Positions 46,175 through 62,279 of a DNA stretch of 64,000 bases are shown here, one piece after another. Each line of letters opens with the position of its first letter. The stretch's first letter is position 1. The DNA comes from the human T2T-CHM13v2.0 reference genome, Homo sapiens. A program made the position numbers and the translations under genes. The stretch lies in NCBI RefSeq assembly GCF_009914755.1, contig NC_060931.1; one strand, 5' to 3'. Under the pieces are notes generated by a model. The model saw only the letters and a list, made by a program, of their open reading frames with translations, was not told the origin of the DNA and did not search any database.

Positions 46175-46775
46175 TGAAATGGCATCATTCATCTGGGGTA
46201 ATATCTGAGGTTTGTTGTCTCACAGCCACGGAAAACTAGGACGTGGACACACAAAGAGTAAGGTTCAGAGTGGAAATTTAATAGGCCAAAGAAAGAGAAG
46301 TGCTCTCTGCTGCAGAGATGGGTCCCAAAAAATGGGTTGTCAGTCCCACAGTGAAATGTAGGGGGTTTTATAGATGAGCTTGAGGAGGTGGTGTCTGATT
46401 TATATAGGGCACAAAAGATTGGTCAGACCTGGTGTGCCATTTTCACAGGGCACAAAAAACTGGTTGAGGCTGCCTGGCTGGTGTCATGTCGCCTGTTTCT
46501 TTATTGTACACGTGGTAACAAAGAAAAGGGAAGATAGAGCCTCCATGTTGGACAGGCCTGGCCCCCAGGTAGCCCTTTTCTCTGGGCATAGCTGTTGGCA
46601 TTCCCCCATGCAAGCTTCCAGCTTGCTTGTCTATATTTGTAGTTTGATTTTTCAGGTTGCCCTTTGTTGGAAAAAAATAATTTCTTGGGCTGCTTTTTGT
46701 TAAAGGGGAAGCTCTGCTGAGGACTCTTTTACCCTCACTATCTGCTTAAATAATTTCTTTCTACCTCCTGTATCA
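46175..46775 (-). mobile_element. MER50-like ERV1 solo LTR
   Basis: The reverse complement begins TGATACAGGAGGTAGAAAGAAATTATTTAAGCAGATAGTGAGGG; TG...CA termini. Confidence 0.75.
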
Positions 46776-46789
46776 ATATTGATGTGTAG

Positions 46790-46995
46790 AGGACAGAACA
46801 CAGGACTCAGAATAACATCTTATTCCGAATATCTTCCTCAAGCAATCTTGAATAAGTCACTTAAACTCTGAGCATACATTTTCTATTATATAATTATGAT
46901 AATTCTTATTTTGCTCTTGGTTGTGAGAATAAAATGTGCTGATGGAGATGAGATGCTTAGCATAGTGCTTGATTGATATGATAAGCACTTTATGA
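46790..46995 (+). mobile_element. MIR SINE
   Basis: cttgaataagtcacttaaactctgagc...ggttgtgagaataaaatg. Confidence 0.65.
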
Positions 46996-47196
46996 ATTAT
47001 TAGAATCTAGAGGATGAGATTTCCAAATTAAGGTATACCTGTGTCAATACCCTACCAAAGCATCTAAATAAAAATATTTGCAAAATTTACTTAAATTTTA
47101 ATCTAAATATTGGGGGCAACAGACAGGCAACCAATATACTCTATTTTTTTTTTGTACATTCTTAGAACCAATCAGGGATAAAATTGAGGACTGTAG

Positions 47197-47972
47197 TGTA
47201 ATTCTGCAATGGGTTAATCTTGCCCACTTCCCAGAAAAGCCAGTGCATTGAGAACAGCAGATTTTTTTCAGTAGAGGAAGTTTAATTAACATAGAGCTAG
47301 CCAAATGAAAGGACAGGAGTTTGTTACTCAAATCAGCCTCCCTGAGAACTCAGAGGCTGGGGATTTATGAATAATCTGGTGGGCAGGGGGCTAGGGAATG
47401 GGTGCTGCTGATTGGTTAGAGATGAAATCATAGAGGTGTGGAAAACAGTCCTCATGTCTTGAGCCCCTCTGGATAGGGGCCACAGGACCAGTTGAGTCAT
47501 GAGTCATTCCTAGAGGTGTCAGTCAGTTGCCAGAATGCAAAAGTCTGAAAAAATAAAACATCTCAAAAGGCCAATTTTAGGCTTTACAGTAGCGATGCTA
47601 TCTACAGCAGCAATTGGGCAAGTCACAAATCTTGTGACCTCTGGCCACGTGACTCCCGAGCTGTGAGGGATTATAAAAACTATGCCTATATCTTAACAGA
47701 ACTCAGGTCCCCTCCTGTAGTTCTAATCTCATGGCCTTTAATTAGTTTTACAAATGTTGTTTTGGTCCCTGAGCAAGAAGGGGACCACTTTTTAGGGAGG
47801 GACAATTATCATCCTTACTTCAAAGTTAAACAGTAAACAAAATTCCTGCCATGGTTAGCTTGGCCCACACTCAGGAATGAGCCAGGACAGCCAGCTTGTG
47901 AGGCTAGAAGCAAGATGGAGTCAGCCATGCTAGACTTCTGTCTCTGTCATAATCTTTGCAAGAGTGGTTTCA
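47197..47972 (-). mobile_element. LTR8-family ERV1 solo LTR
   Basis: The reverse complement begins TGAAACCACTCTTGCAAAGATTATGACAGAGA. Confidence 0.82.
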
Positions 47973-48001
47973 ACTGGCTTCAGAGAACCTGGTGAGGAGA
48001 C

Positions 48002-49360
48002 TGTATTAGTCTTTTACTGCTGTATAAAAAATTTCTACAAATTTAATGGCTTAAATAGCACTCATATTATTAGCTCATATTTCTGTCGGTCAGAAATTCA
48101 GGTCCTGCTTTACTGGAAGCCCTGCTGTAGGGTCTCTCTGGGTTGAAATTAAAGTGTTGGCTGGAATTATGTTTTTGGTTTTTTTTCCAAGGAATTTTAT
48201 TTTATTTTTCATCTTTTATTTTAGTTTCCGGGGGCACATGTGTAAGTTTGCTACATGGATAAATTGTGTGTTGCTGAGGTTTGGTGTACAATTGATTTTG
48301 TCGCTCAGGTAATGAGCATAGTACCCAATAGGTAGTTTTTCAATCCTTACCCACCTTCCACCCTCAAGTAAGCCCCAGGATCTATTGTTCCCCTCTTTGT
48401 GTCTACTCAATATTTACCTCCCACTTATAAGTGAGAACATGTAGTATTTGGTTTTCTGTTCCTGTGTTAATTTGCTTAGGATAATGGCCTCCAGCTGCAT
48501 CCATGTTGCAGCAAAGAACATAATTGCATTCTGTTTTTATGGCTGCATAGTATCCCATGGTGTATATGTACCATATTTTCTTTATCCAGTCCACCGTTGG
48601 TGGGCATCTAGGTTGATCTCATATATTTGCTATTGTGAAAAGTGCTGTGATGAACATATGTGTGCATGTGTCTTTATGGTAGAACGATTTTTATTCCTTT
48701 GGTTATATACCTAGCAACGGGATTTCTAAGCTGAATGGTAGTCTGTCGTAAGTTCTTTGAGAAATCTCTAAACTGCTCCCATGGCAGCTGAACTAATTTA
48801 TATTCCCACTAGCAGTGCATGAGTGTTCCCTTTGCTTCACAACCTTGCCAATATCTGCTATTTTTTTTTTCACTTATTAGTAATATTGGCTGGGAATTTG
48901 ATTCTTATTTGGGACTTGTGGTCCTCTTCCAATCTCACTGATTATTGGAAGAATTTATTTCCTGAGTTGTGAGACCAAGGTCCCCATTTTTTGATAGCTG
49001 TTGGACAGAAATTGCTCTGAGCTTTTAGAAGCCACCCTCAATTCCCTGTAACTTGGCTCTCATGGGCAAGTTACAGCATAAATACTTGCTTTATTCCAGG
49101 CCAGACTGAGTGTTTCTTTCTTACTTCCTCTTCTGCCACCAGCTGGAGAAGTTTCTCTGCTTTTAAAAGGCAAGTGTGATTAAGCCATGCCACATTGATA
49201 ATCCTATTTTAAGGTCAATTGATTTGGACATTTGACTACATCTGCAAAATTCCTTCACAGCAGTACCTAGATTTGTGCTTGACTGAATAACTGAGAGAAG
49301 GTGTCTGCAAACCAGGAGCCAGAAATCTTGGGGTCATCTTAGAATTTTGTTTACTGTAGA
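48002..49360 (-). mobile_element. MLT1E/F-type LTR split by an antisense L1PA 3' fragment (about 48180-48885)
   Basis: The two MLT1 halves are joined by duplicated ttggctgg(g)aatt; L1 3' UTR cccacttataagtgagaacatg in between. Confidence 0.8.
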
Positions 49361-49440
49361 AGCATAATCTTAGTCTTTTTTTTTTTCATGTGTTCTACTG
49401 TTTATCTCTGGGTAAATTTAGAGAAATTATTTTTTTCCTT

Positions 49441-49930
49441 GGGTATTAGTCAGGGCTCTTTTAGATACAAGTGGCAAAAGAATTTTACCTCAAGAAAGCA
49501 AGGGAATTTTTGGACATTCATAGATTGGAAATCTAGACATGTCATTCTGTTATGAACATGACAGTATCCAGTGGTTCACACAGTGTCTTCAGGGCTTTGC
49601 TCTTGCCTTTTCTTTGCATTTGGCTTTTGTCAAACGCATCTTGCAGATGCATTCTTCCATGGGGCTAGGGAAGATGGTAGCTGGCAGCTAGAATTCACAT
49701 TCCCAAAGGGAGAGAAACCTTCTCTCTCAGCAGGACTAATATAGCAAATTATAGGGAAGCTCTAGATTGGCCCAGTATGGAATAGATGCCCATTCCTGAT
49801 CCAGTATCTCTGCCCTGGGGCTAAAATACTCTGATTGGCCAGCCTGGGTCATTGCATAGCCAGAGTTATGATTGGAGAGTGGGGCATAGTGGTAGAATTC
49901 TCAAAACCAGATGGAGGGGTGGTGAGTTTC
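49441..49930 (-). mobile_element. Old MLT1 (J/K-like) LTR
   Basis: gtattagtcagggctctttt...tactctgattggccagcctgggtca. Confidence 0.5.
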
Positions 49931-51284
49931 CCAAAGGCAAAGCAGAATGCTGTAATCTTGGAACTCAAATTGGGTACTTGTTGTGAGGAGATTATCAGGG
50001 TGAGAACCATCAATATGATAGTGGCCTTTCTGAAGTAGAAATTATTACCATTCCTACAAATGATGGATCCATCGTGGTTGGAATAGTCTTGGAAATTATA
50101 AACATAACTGGTAGGTCTAGAGTTGGCAAATGTATGACTATAAAATAAACTGTCATTAACTATTAATGCCCAAATTATAATGGCTAATGCAGCCATCCTT
50201 AATTTCTGCTCCTCAGTGCTCCTGCCCTCTCTCCTCTGTAAACTATTTCCCCAGTTACTTTTGTAATGGTGGTGGGTAGAAGTGGTTCCAATCATCTATA
50301 TTTCATGTTTTCATGCAAAGGGTACCTTATGGCATATTCTTCCTCTCCACGTCTGTCTCTCTGGTTGATATCCATGTCCATGAGCTCCCTAAAGGGGAGC
50401 TGTCCCTATGGGACATCCGCTTGTGAGACCACCAGCATCCATATCACAGGGGCTGTGTCGCAATGTACCTGTATCACCAGTTCCCAGGATACTAGAGCAA
50501 TGCTGGCTCTGTGCAGCTGTAGCAAAATGACCCTGTTCAACTGGACCCCAAACCACCCTTCCCTTGACTGTGCTGAGAGAGTTACAAGTGCAAAGAGTTG
50601 GCTTCAAATCAAAATTTTCTTCCTTTGATTGATCATGTTTCCAAAAATGATTTTCTGTAAACTTCAAATATGTGATAACAGCATGCCAGGAGTTTTGCGA
50701 TCTGGCCCCTGTCTACCTCTCTGGCATCACCCCTTGACATCTGCTCCCTTCTTCTCCGTTTTCATATAATTCACCTCCTGTCATTCTGAACTACCTTGAT
50801 ATCTCTCCCTCTCTGCGCTTTTTCCTATCGTGATCCTTTTCCCTTAGCTTACCTCCTCTCCTTTCCATCCTCAGTTGCCTTGCTAAATATGCGAAATTCA
50901 AGATTCACGTCAAGCATTATACGTTCCTGCAAGACCTCACCAACATCCACCTTCTCTTACCCTTTCCCCTCCACATCCTACCAGATTTTGTGCATTTTTT
51001 AAAATGCTTTCAGAGGTAAGACAGGATATTGCAATGGTGGAAAAATACAGGCTTTGTAGCTAGACTGCCTGAATTGAAATCCTAGTTCTGCCATTTATTA
51101 TAGGTATGACTATGAAAAGTTACTTCTTACTTACCTGTGTTTCCTTATTTGTAAAATGAGGACAGGAACAGTACCTACCCCACTTGATTTCTTTTATATG
51201 CATTATTTTACATTTTGTTGCTCAATTTTCCCCAAATTTGAGCAGTAGGCAGGCTCCCTGTGTCTTTGAAATATGCCCATCAGC

Positions 51285-52570
<1,286 letters not shown>

Positions 52571-53760
52571 TTTTTTTGTGAGAATAACAATATTAACACA
52601 TTTAAAGCACTTAGAATAACACATGAGGATGCATAGCAACACTGAGTATATATTAGTTATTATTTTATCATTTATTACACTAAGTTGTCATTATATGTCT
52701 ACTTGACTTTCTTCCTCAAGAACTATTTTAATCTTTGTACCTATGTGCTTGGTCTAATGTCTGTCAGATAGTGTTATATATGGTAAGTGGGTTTTGTTGA
52801 ATGAATGGGTGATGAATAGGCCTTCTTTGCTGAGGCAAGGAGAAGTAAGCACAGGAAAGATGCCAATCTTAATGCTGATATGCTACTGTGCTAAATTTGG
52901 GTTGCAACCCAAGGATCTCTCAAACATTAGAACATGTTAATGGTGTCTAATTTCCCCAGTGAGCATAGCACACAACTCCTGGGTGCAGATCATCCTGGAG
53001 ATATAGAATTTTTTCAGTGTGTTTTTCATTCCAGTGTTTCCATGCTTACCTTTTTATTTCCTCTTCCCCTTGTCCCTGAGTATGAGCTCAGGGAATGGAA
53101 TTACTCTCTAATATCAGTCTCAGCCAAATCTCCTTTGCAGGGAGGGTCTCTTGGCTTTCAACCCCCCCAAAAGTTGAAGGTGCAAGACTTGCTCTCAGCC
53201 TTTTTGCAGTCTCCATCTATATTCTTTCCCTAGATGATCTCATCTAGTTTAATGGCTTTAAATACCATGTAAGTATAGATGACTCCCAAACCTGTTCCTC
53301 CAGCTTTAACTCTTCACCGGAATCCAGATTTACATTTCAGTTGTCTACTTCATGTCTCAACTTAGAAATCTGATAGACATCTCAAACTTAATATGACCAA
53401 AACAGATTTCCCCCTATCAATATATTCCTCTCTCAGTCTTCCTCACCTCAGTAAATGGCTCCATAAAATTCTTCAGTTTACTGAAATTAAAAAGGTAGAA
53501 TCTGTCCTTGATTCCTCTTTCTCTCACCTCTCTTTATCATGCAAATTCTATTGAATTCACTTTCAAAATATGTCAGCATCTTATCACTTTTTACGACCTC
53601 TAGTGTTTCCACTTGAGGACAAGCTACCATCTACTTGTACATGGTCTAATGCAGGAGACTCTACTGTTCTCTTTCACCTTTACCTCTCCCCGGTTCTATT
53701 CTCTATATAGACAATAGAAGATCTGTTTAAAACCATAAATTAGATCCTGTTACTCCCTTG

Positions 53761-54441
<681 letters not shown>

Positions 54442-54980
54442 TCAGAATATCCAAATTTCTTACCATGACCAACATGACTTTGTTGATCTTTCCCTTTAAG
54501 TAACAGGTGGTAAAAGTTGAGATTTTTTTTAACTAGGTACAGCTATTTAATGATACGAGATTTCCAAGTGAGCTGCCAGTTCACTATATTCAGATTTTCA
54601 AAGGAAATGGACATAAACCTGTTATATAACTTTTGAAACTCTTTGATAAAATGAAAGAGTTTAGACAGTTGAGGAAAGAGAATTTTATGAGAGTAAATAT
54701 TTAGAAAAATTCATGCTGTGAGTCCCATCTGATATTCCATTGAGAAGGATGAGAAGTTTCTTTACCCTCACCTCAGGACCTTCCATGAGGCCACTCACAA
54801 AGCTCACCATGCTATTTCTTTAGTTGAGAGGCATAGTAAACTGGGGTCTTGCTTCTTCCTGGCAGATGTAGAGGATGAAAGGCAGACTGACTAGCTAACT
54901 TTTGGGAAGAGGCAAAAGAATGTGGCTACATCAGGACTGTTGGAGCAAGGCTAGGAGACCAGCTGTGGGCCATCAGAGGG

Positions 54981-55351
54981 TGCTATGATCTGAGTATCCA
55001 CCCAAATTCATGTACTGAAACTTAATCATCAATGTGATAGTACTAAGAGATGGGGCATTTAGGAGTTGATTAGGTCACAAGGGCTCCACCTTGTTAGGTG
55101 ACATTAATCATGTATAAAAGGGCTGGAGAAAACTAGATAGAACCCTTTTTGCCCTTCTGCCTTCTACAATGTAAGTCTGCAGCAAAGAGCATCATCTTTG
55201 AAGCAGAGAGTAGCCCTCAACAGAAGCCAAATCTGTTGGCACCATAATCTTGGATTCCCCAGCCTCCAGAACTGTGAGAAAAATACATTTCTGTTCCTTA
55301 TAAATTACCCAGTCTCAGATATTTTGTCATAGAAGCACAAATAGACAAAGG
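54981..55351 (+). mobile_element. MSTD-type MaLR LTR
   Basis: tgctatgatctga...cagcctccagaactgtgagaaa...ataaattacccagtctcag. Confidence 0.8.
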
Positions 55352-55999
55352 TGGGGAGACAGCATGTGTGTGAGGCTGTCTTGAGACTTGACTGATAGAA
55401 GCGCCCAGTGAACTGTGAAAGCTCCAGCAGCCAAAATTTTGTGGCATATGCCTAGGGGCTGAGAAAGGAGTCACAAAGGATCACCCCAAATAGAGATGCT
55501 TTCTCTCTAATGAATAGAACTGCAGGAGAGAGTGCCCAGTAGGAAACATCCAGAGCTGTGAAAATTTCACATGAGGGAGAAAGTCAGCACTAAATAATTA
55601 CCAGGCCCAGAAAGCACAAAGCCAGATTCTTTTTGTACTAGTCCAAGTGAGACCTTTCCTGCCCCTTTTCCAATCTCCTTATGCATCAGCCAATCTCAGA
55701 GTGGTTGAAGCTACTGTTATCTTGTTATTTTGTATTCATAAACTGGACCGGAATCTCTAATTTCTGATTTGAGGCTGTTTTGTTACTTGAAGTGATCTTG
55801 TGGCTTGAAGTAATCTTGTAACAATCTACTTGATAAGAGTGAAAAAAGGTCACCCATCCTGCTGGAATTCTTATTCTTTAGCCTGAGCAGTTTCCCCTGT
55901 GAATAAAGTTTGAAGGAATGGTGGAAGAGAATGAATAAAATTATGATTTGATAATATTTTCAGGGAAATACATACAAGGCAAAGGATCTAATTGCTTGG

Positions 56000-56296
56000 G
56001 CTCCTCAACCCACATGTCACCTCCTGAGAAAGCTGCTTTCAGCCCTCAGGTGTATGGGGGCAACATTTTCTTCTCCAGCCAGTCTCCAGAAATCTAACCC
56101 TTCTATTGTCTTCATAGAATTGATTATTATCTGAAAGTATCTTGCTTTTGTTGTTGCTTATTGTCACTTACCTTCTATCGGACTGCAAGTTCCATGAAAG
56201 CTGGGATCCTGTCTGCCTAGTAACTAGAATAGAGTCCAGCAAATATAAATGCTCAATAAATATTTTATGAATGAATGAATGAGTGAATGAATGAAA
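56000..56296 (+). mobile_element. L2 3' end
   Basis: gctcaataaatattttatgaatgaatgaatgagtgaatgaatgaa. Confidence 0.7.
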
Positions 56297-57544
56297 ACAG
56301 TAAAAGAAACATACACCTGAAGTGAGAAAAATGCATATACACTCAACGTCAATGAGATCTCTCTTTTTTATTTTTACTATGTATTATTAATTTTAATACG
56401 ACTATACGTTTCTGCTGTGGTAGTAACAACTTTCACATTATTTGTATGACTAGTTTTCTCAGTTGACTCTTATAACAAAGGCACAGTTCAAAAGGATACA
56501 CTAACCTTAAAATAGTTTTAAACAAATATGGAGAAAGAATATATTTGAAGTATTAAATAGAAAACATTTAAATATGGATCAACTTGAATGTATTTTTATT
56601 CAAGAAAATATTTTTAGAGCAAGATGGTCAACCGGGAGTCCCAACTTTTGTCTCCCCATGAAACGACAATTTAACAACTATCCACTGATGAAAATAGGAG
56701 GGCTCTGGAATACTATGAAGAAAATGCAGCAACCCAATGGAGCATAAAAGACTAGGATGGCTACATAGAAAAGCACAGGAATCATTTTACCTTGTCAGTC
56801 CTTCCCACTGTTTGGCACGGCTCAGTGCCAAAAGGGATACATTTAGCTGCAATCTTTCCCCATTGGGGTAAAGGAGGGAAGGAGGATCTCAACAACCTTC
56901 AACACTGAGGACTCCAGCAGCCTTTGTTGTAACCACAGACACCTGCAGCTTTTCCCACTAAGGACCGTTGCAGTTTTTGCCAATGATGATTCCAGCTGAT
57001 GGAGCTATCCGGAGTCCATACCATGTGATACTCCTCTCTCACACTGGGCCCAAATTTACCATACTACCTTGAAGTTGGAGCTACCATTTCTTCTACCCCA
57101 ATGTGGGAGCCGCTGCATGCCACCGTGCCAGCACCCTCAAACCCACCCATATATAAAGTTCTTTCTCCACCAAAGCCAGTTTTTAGAGTTTAGAAAAGGT
57201 TACTGCTCCTTCAAGTGTGCAGTCATCAACCTGAGGCTAAAAGGAACATAAAAAACCAAGGAAACATGACATCACAAAAGAAACACAATAAATTTCCAGT
57301 AACCAACCTCAAATAATTGGATATATACAACCTACCTGACAGAGAATTCAAAATAATTATTTGAAAGAAGCTCAGTGAGCCACAAGATAACACAGACAAT
57401 GCAACAATATCAGGAAAATAACACATAAACAAGTTCAAAAAAGATCCAGGAATCATAAAAAAGAACCATACAAGAATTCTAGAGCTGAAGAATATAATTA
57501 ATGAAATGAAAAATGCAATGGACAGCCTCAACAGCAGACGTAAT

Positions 57545-58115
57545 TGTGGGAAAGAGAGTTTCTGGGGTGCCAGTTGAATTGGTCTCCCCTGTGTGAGACA
57601 CCCATGGGCTGCCCGAGAAAAGTCTCCTTATTGCTTTCATGTCTTTATGCCCCGAGAGCATAACGCTCAGCGGCATTCCACAGGTTGCTCAGGGAGATAA
57701 CACTCCCTTGAAGCAGTGGAGTATAATCAAACAGCTTGGCTCCTCCTGAAACCTGCTCCCACCAGTTTCAGTCCTGATAAGTTAAAGATCTTAAGTAGTT
57801 TAGACACACACCTTTGCTCAAGGAAATTCACAGAAGCCGCCACTGCTATACATCTTATCGAATGACTCACAAGTTCTCCTTCACTGATTCATCCTTTTCC
57901 TCATCCCTTCCTCCCCCTCCCATCTACCCTAAGAACAAAGAGCTTGTAAACCAATAAATTGGGTGGAGCCCGAGAGCTCTGGGCCGTGAGCAAGCCTCCA
58001 ACGCTCCAGTCCCCTGGACCCACCTTTAAAACGCTTATTCTGTCTCTTTCTAACTCCTTTGTCTCTGCCGGACTCGGAGTACCCGCTGGGTAGTGTGGGG
58101 CTGGTTTCCCCAACA
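57545..58115 (+). mobile_element. LTR14B (HERV-K14/HML-1) solo LTR
   Basis: tgtgggaaagagagtttctggggtgccag...ggggctggtttccccaaca; 6-bp TSD cgtaat/cttaat. Confidence 0.85.
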
Positions 58116-60960
58116 CTTAATCAAGCAGAAATCTGCAAACTGGAAGACAGATCATTTGAAATTATCCAATCATAGAAGAAAATAGAAAAAAGGAATGAAA
58201 AAGAGTAAAGAAAACCTATGAGATTTATGGAACACCATCAGGTAAACAAATATATACACAATGGTAGTCTTGGTAGGAAAATAGAGAGAAAGAGAGAGGT
58301 GACAGAAAACATATTTAAGTAAATAATGGCTGAAAACACCCCAAATCTTGGGAGGGAAATAGACATCTGGATTCACAAAACTTGAAGAACACTAAAAAAT
58401 TTCCACCCAGAGAAGACTACATGAAGACAAATTATAATCAAATTGTTAAAAGTCAAGGACAAAGAGAATTTCGAAAGAAGCAAGAGAAAAGCTATCATAC
58501 TTAACAGTACACCCATAAAACTATCAACAATTTTCTTAGCAAAGGTCTTGCAAGCCAGAAGAGAGTTGGATGATATGTTCCATATATTGGAGAAAAATTC
58601 CAACTAAGAGTACTACATCCCACAAGACTATTTTGTTTTTTTTAAATGCAGAAGAGGTAAAGTCTTTCTCAGACAAATACAAACTGCGAAGGTTCATCAC
58701 CACCAGATCTGCCTTACAATAAATGCTTAAAGGAGTTCTTCAAATTGAAATAAAAACCTGCTACACAGCAATGAAAAAATATATGAAAGCATAGATACCA
58801 CCACTAAGGGCAAATATGTAGACAAATACAGAATAATGTAACACTGTAATAATGGTATAGAAATTACTTTTAATTCTAATATAATAGTTAAAAGATAAAA
58901 ATTTGATAATGGATACACAATATAAAAAGAAGCAAACTGACTACAAAAGCACAAAGTGTGGGTGGGGGAAAGTAAAAATGTAGAATTTTAATATGCAATT
59001 GAAGTTAAGTTGTTAACATAAAATAGACAATTATATCTACAAGGTATTTTATGTAAACCTCGAGTTACCCACAAAGAAAAAAACCTATAAAAGATACACA
59101 AATATAAAGGGAACATAAAAATTGAAGAGTTAAAGGAAATCACTACAAAAATCATCAAATGACAAAGCAAGACAGCAAAAGAGGAAGAGAGGAACAAAAC
59201 AACTGCAAAACAAATAACAATTATTGCTATATTTGATATTATTGCAAAAGGGTCCTCAGCTACCAATAATTACTTTAAATAAAAATGGATTAAACTACCC
59301 AATCGAAAGGCAAAGAGTGGCAAATAAATTAAAAACAACAAGATCCAGAGATATGCTGTCTGTAAGAGATCACTTTAAGACACACGTAAGATGAAACTGA
59401 AGGGATAGAAAAGATTTTCATGCAAATAGTAAACAAAAGAAATCAGGAGTAGTTATACCCAACAAAATAGAATTTAACTAAAAAACTGTCTCTAGAGACA
59501 AATAAGTCATTACATAATAATAAAAGGGCCAACTCAACAGGAAGATAAGACAATGATAAAAATATATGTGCCCAACTTGAGAATATATAAATATACAAAA
59601 CAAATATTGACAGTTCAGACAATATTGACAGCAATATAATAATAGTAGGAGACTTCAATAACTGACTTAACATAATGAATAGAACATTCAGACAAAAATG
59701 AATAAGCAGTTTACCCGAACAACACTGCAGACTAAGTGGACCTTTTCACCCAATAGCAGCAGAACACCCATTCTTCTCAAGGGCACATGCAACATTCTCC
59801 AGGATAGATCCCGTCCTAGGTCACAAAATAAGCCTTAACACATTTAAGGAGATTGAAATTATTCCAACTATCTGGTCTGACCACAAAAATTAAACTAGAA
59901 GTCATTAACAGTAAGACAACAAAAACATTCAGAAATACATGGAAACTAAACACATTTTGAATAATCATTGAATCAAAGAATCAAAAGGTAATTTGAGAAG
60001 GATTTCAAGACAAATGAAAACAAAAACACTACATACCAGCACTTATAGGAATGCAGTACTAGAGGGAAATTTGTAGTGATAAATACATTAAAAGAAGAAA
60101 GATCTCAAATAAACAACCTAATTTTACACCTCAAGGAAGTAGGAAAAGAGCATAAAACATAAAACACTGATGAAAGAAATTGAAGAGGACACAAATAAAT
60201 GGAAAGATATCTTATGTTCATGGAATGGAAAAATAAATATTGTCAAAATATCCAAATTATCCAAATCTACAGATTTCATGTAACTTCTATAAAAATTCCA
60301 ATGTCACTCTTCACAGAAATAGAAAGAAAATCCTAAAATTCATGTGGAATCACAAAGGACCCTGAATAACTAAAGCCATCTTGACCAAAAAGAACACAGC
60401 TGTATGTATCACACTACTGTATTTCAAAATATATTACAAAATGATAGCAATCAAAACAGCATGGTTCTGGCAAAAAAACAGACACATTGACCAATGGAGT
60501 AGGATTGAAAGCCCGTGTATAAAACTACACTTCTGTGGTCAATTGATTTTTGACAAAGTGCCAAGAATACACAATGGGGAAAAGATAGTCTCCTCAATAA
60601 ATGAGGTTGGGAAAACTGGGTATCCACATGCAGAAGAATGAAATTTCATCCTCTTCTTACACTACATGCAAAGTTAAATCAAAATAGATTAAATATTTAA
60701 ATGCAAGACCTGAAATCATAAAACTCTTAGAAGGACACATAGGAAAAGAGCTTCTTGACACTGGTTTGGGTAATGACTTATAGAAAACTACACCTAAAGC
60801 ACAGGCAAAAATTCAGCTAAATAAACATAGACAAATGGGATTGCATCAAAATAAAAAGCTGCAAAGCCAAGAAAACAACCAGCAGAATGGAAATTGGGAG
60901 AAAATATTTGTAAACAACATATCTAATAGGTGTTAATTTCCAAAATATATAAGGAACTTT

Positions 60961-61270
60961 GGCTGGGTGCCCTGGCTCACGCCTGTAATCTTGACATTTT
61001 GGGAGGCCAAGGCAGAAAGATTGCATGAGCCCAGTAGTTTGAGACTAGCCTGAGCAACATAGTGAGACTCTGTCTGTACAAAAAATAAAAAAAATTAACC
61101 GGGTGTGGCAGTGCATGCCTTTAGTCCCAGATACCTGGAAGGCTGAGGTGGGGAAGATTGGATCATCCTTCCTACCTTGAGGCTCCAGTGAGCTGTAATG
61201 GTGCCACTGCGCTCCAGCCTGGGTGGCAGAGTGAGACCCCGTCTGAAATAAATAAATACAAATAATAAAA
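60961..61270 (+). mobile_element. AluJ element
   Basis: Diverged Alu; aaggaactt duplicated on both flanks. Confidence 0.88.
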
Positions 61271-62279
61271 ATACAAGGAACTTATTCAACTGTAGTGCAG
61301 AAATAAACAAAAAACATAAATAACCTGATTTTAAAATGGGCAAAGGACCTGAATAACATCTCTCAAAAGAAGACAAAAATCGTTCATGAAAATATGTTTA
61401 ATATCACAAATCACCTGAGAAATGCAAATCAAAACCACAATGAGGTATCATCTTACATGTGTTAGAATGGCTGTTACCAAAAAGATGAAGGATAACAAGT
61501 GTTGGCAAAAATACAGAGAAAAGCAGCTCTTTCAGTCTGTTGACAGGAATATAAATTATGGAAAACACTATAAAGATTTCTCAGAAAATTAAAAACAGAC
61601 CTACCTTATCCAGTAATTCCACTTTTAGGTGTATATGCAAAGGAAATGAAACTAGTATTTTGAAGAGATATCTGCACTCCCATGTTCATTGAAAATTATT
61701 CACAATAGCCAAGACATGGAAACAATCTAAAAGCCCATTAACAGATGAATGAACAAAGAAAATGTGGTGTGCATACACAATGGAATATGATTCAGTCTTA
61801 GAAAAGGCGATTCTGCCATTTGCAACAACGTAGATGGAACTGGAGGACATTATGCTATGTGAAATGCTCCAGAGACAGAAATACATATATTGTACGATCT
61901 CACTTACATGTGGAATCTGAAAAAACAAACCCACAGAAGTAGAGAGTAGATTGGTGGTTTGCCAGGGTTCTGGAAGGGGAAATGGGGAGATATTGGTCAA
62001 GGGGTATGAAGTTTCAGTTATGCTAAGTGAACATGCTTTGGAAACCTAAGGTATGGTAGTATGAGTATAGTAAACAATACTGCACTGTATACTTGAACTT
62101 TCATGAGAGGGTAGATCTTAAGTGTTCTCACTACACATGAAGAAATTGAAAACAGGAATTATGTGAGGTGATAGATATATTTTAAAAGAAAATATTTTTA
62201 CTTTCAACATGGTCTCATAGGGACTTCTTTTTGATGTTGGTGTTAGACAGGACTCACATATGCCTCGGGTATCTCAGGG

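Larger units (their letters stand above)
56617..62185 (+). mobile_element. 5'-complete, internally deleted L1MA-type LINE, interrupted by LTR14B and an AluJ
   Basis: Starts gagcaagatgg; ORF1, endonuclease and 3' ORF2/UTR remnants; perfect 15-bp TSD AAGAAAATATTTTTA at 56602-56616 and 62186-62200. Confidence 0.88.

Noticed and set aside
49849-50295. 148-aa hydrophobic minus-strand ORF
   Set aside because: It has a non-ATG start, partly overlaps an MLT1 LTR and lacks GPCR motifs; the hydrophobicity reflects AT-rich codons.
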